From assembly GCF_006345805.1 (NCBI RefSeq), contig NC_043006.1:43028001-43092000 (forward strand): a stretch of 64,000 nucleotides of DNA, given 5' to 3'. The notes under the pieces were generated by a model that had not been told where the DNA came from, searched no databases, and saw nothing but the letters and a program-made list of their open reading frames with translations. Shown one piece after another: positions 63,663 through 64,000 of this stretch. How positions within the stretch are numbered: the stretch's first letter is position 1; each line of letters begins with the position of its first letter. A program made the translations under genes and the position numbers. The stretch comes from Octopus sinensis. Lineage: Eukaryota.

Positions 63663-64000
63663 TGTGTGTATGTGTGTGTGTTGTGCTTTAAAATTGGATT
63701 GCTTTTTTGTTATAGTGACTCTATAGTTTTTAGACATACTACGAAAATATGTGTGAATTCAATGCATCATTTTCCTTATAATTCTTTTAATTTCAAATAT
63801 CGCATCAGGTTATGAAGAAAAGTCTATCACCATTCACCATGCCTACCAGGGAAGCCGATTGTGTACGGAAAATTTTAGGTGTGGTTTCGTGAAAATCCAT
63901 TTCAAACTGTTGACGATGATCAAAGTGTTAAATGTTTATGAATTGATGTCTGCTATATTATTTGTATGAAAGATTACCACATTGAAATAACAGCTTGAAA

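Overview
This is AT-rich, microsatellite-dense animal DNA with no confidently identifiable host gene. The repeat landscape (tRNA-headed SINEs, (TA)n/(CAT)n/(GATA)n tracts, decayed mariner, maT, CR1, Gypsy and Penelope elements) suggests a cephalopod, probably Octopus; that is an inference from recalled repeat sequences, not a database result. Most of the window is nested transposon debris, and most supplied ORFs are microsatellite artefacts. The most interesting signal is RNA-structural. Four unrelated repeat families carry minimal type-I hammerhead-ribozyme folds with short self-complementary stem III, the dimer-cleaving type known from Penelope-like elements (PLEs). One has a compensatory G3-C8 core swap, and another has A6U plus an extra A. 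A candidate HDV-like fold sits at the start of an RTE-like 5' UTR. Several small elements share a 'fold-back hairpin + one-sided tail + 12-13 bp target duplication' architecture. Weak candidate exons exist but cannot be assigned to a gene. All folds and alignments were done by eye. SINE boundaries are approximate (+/-10-20 bp).
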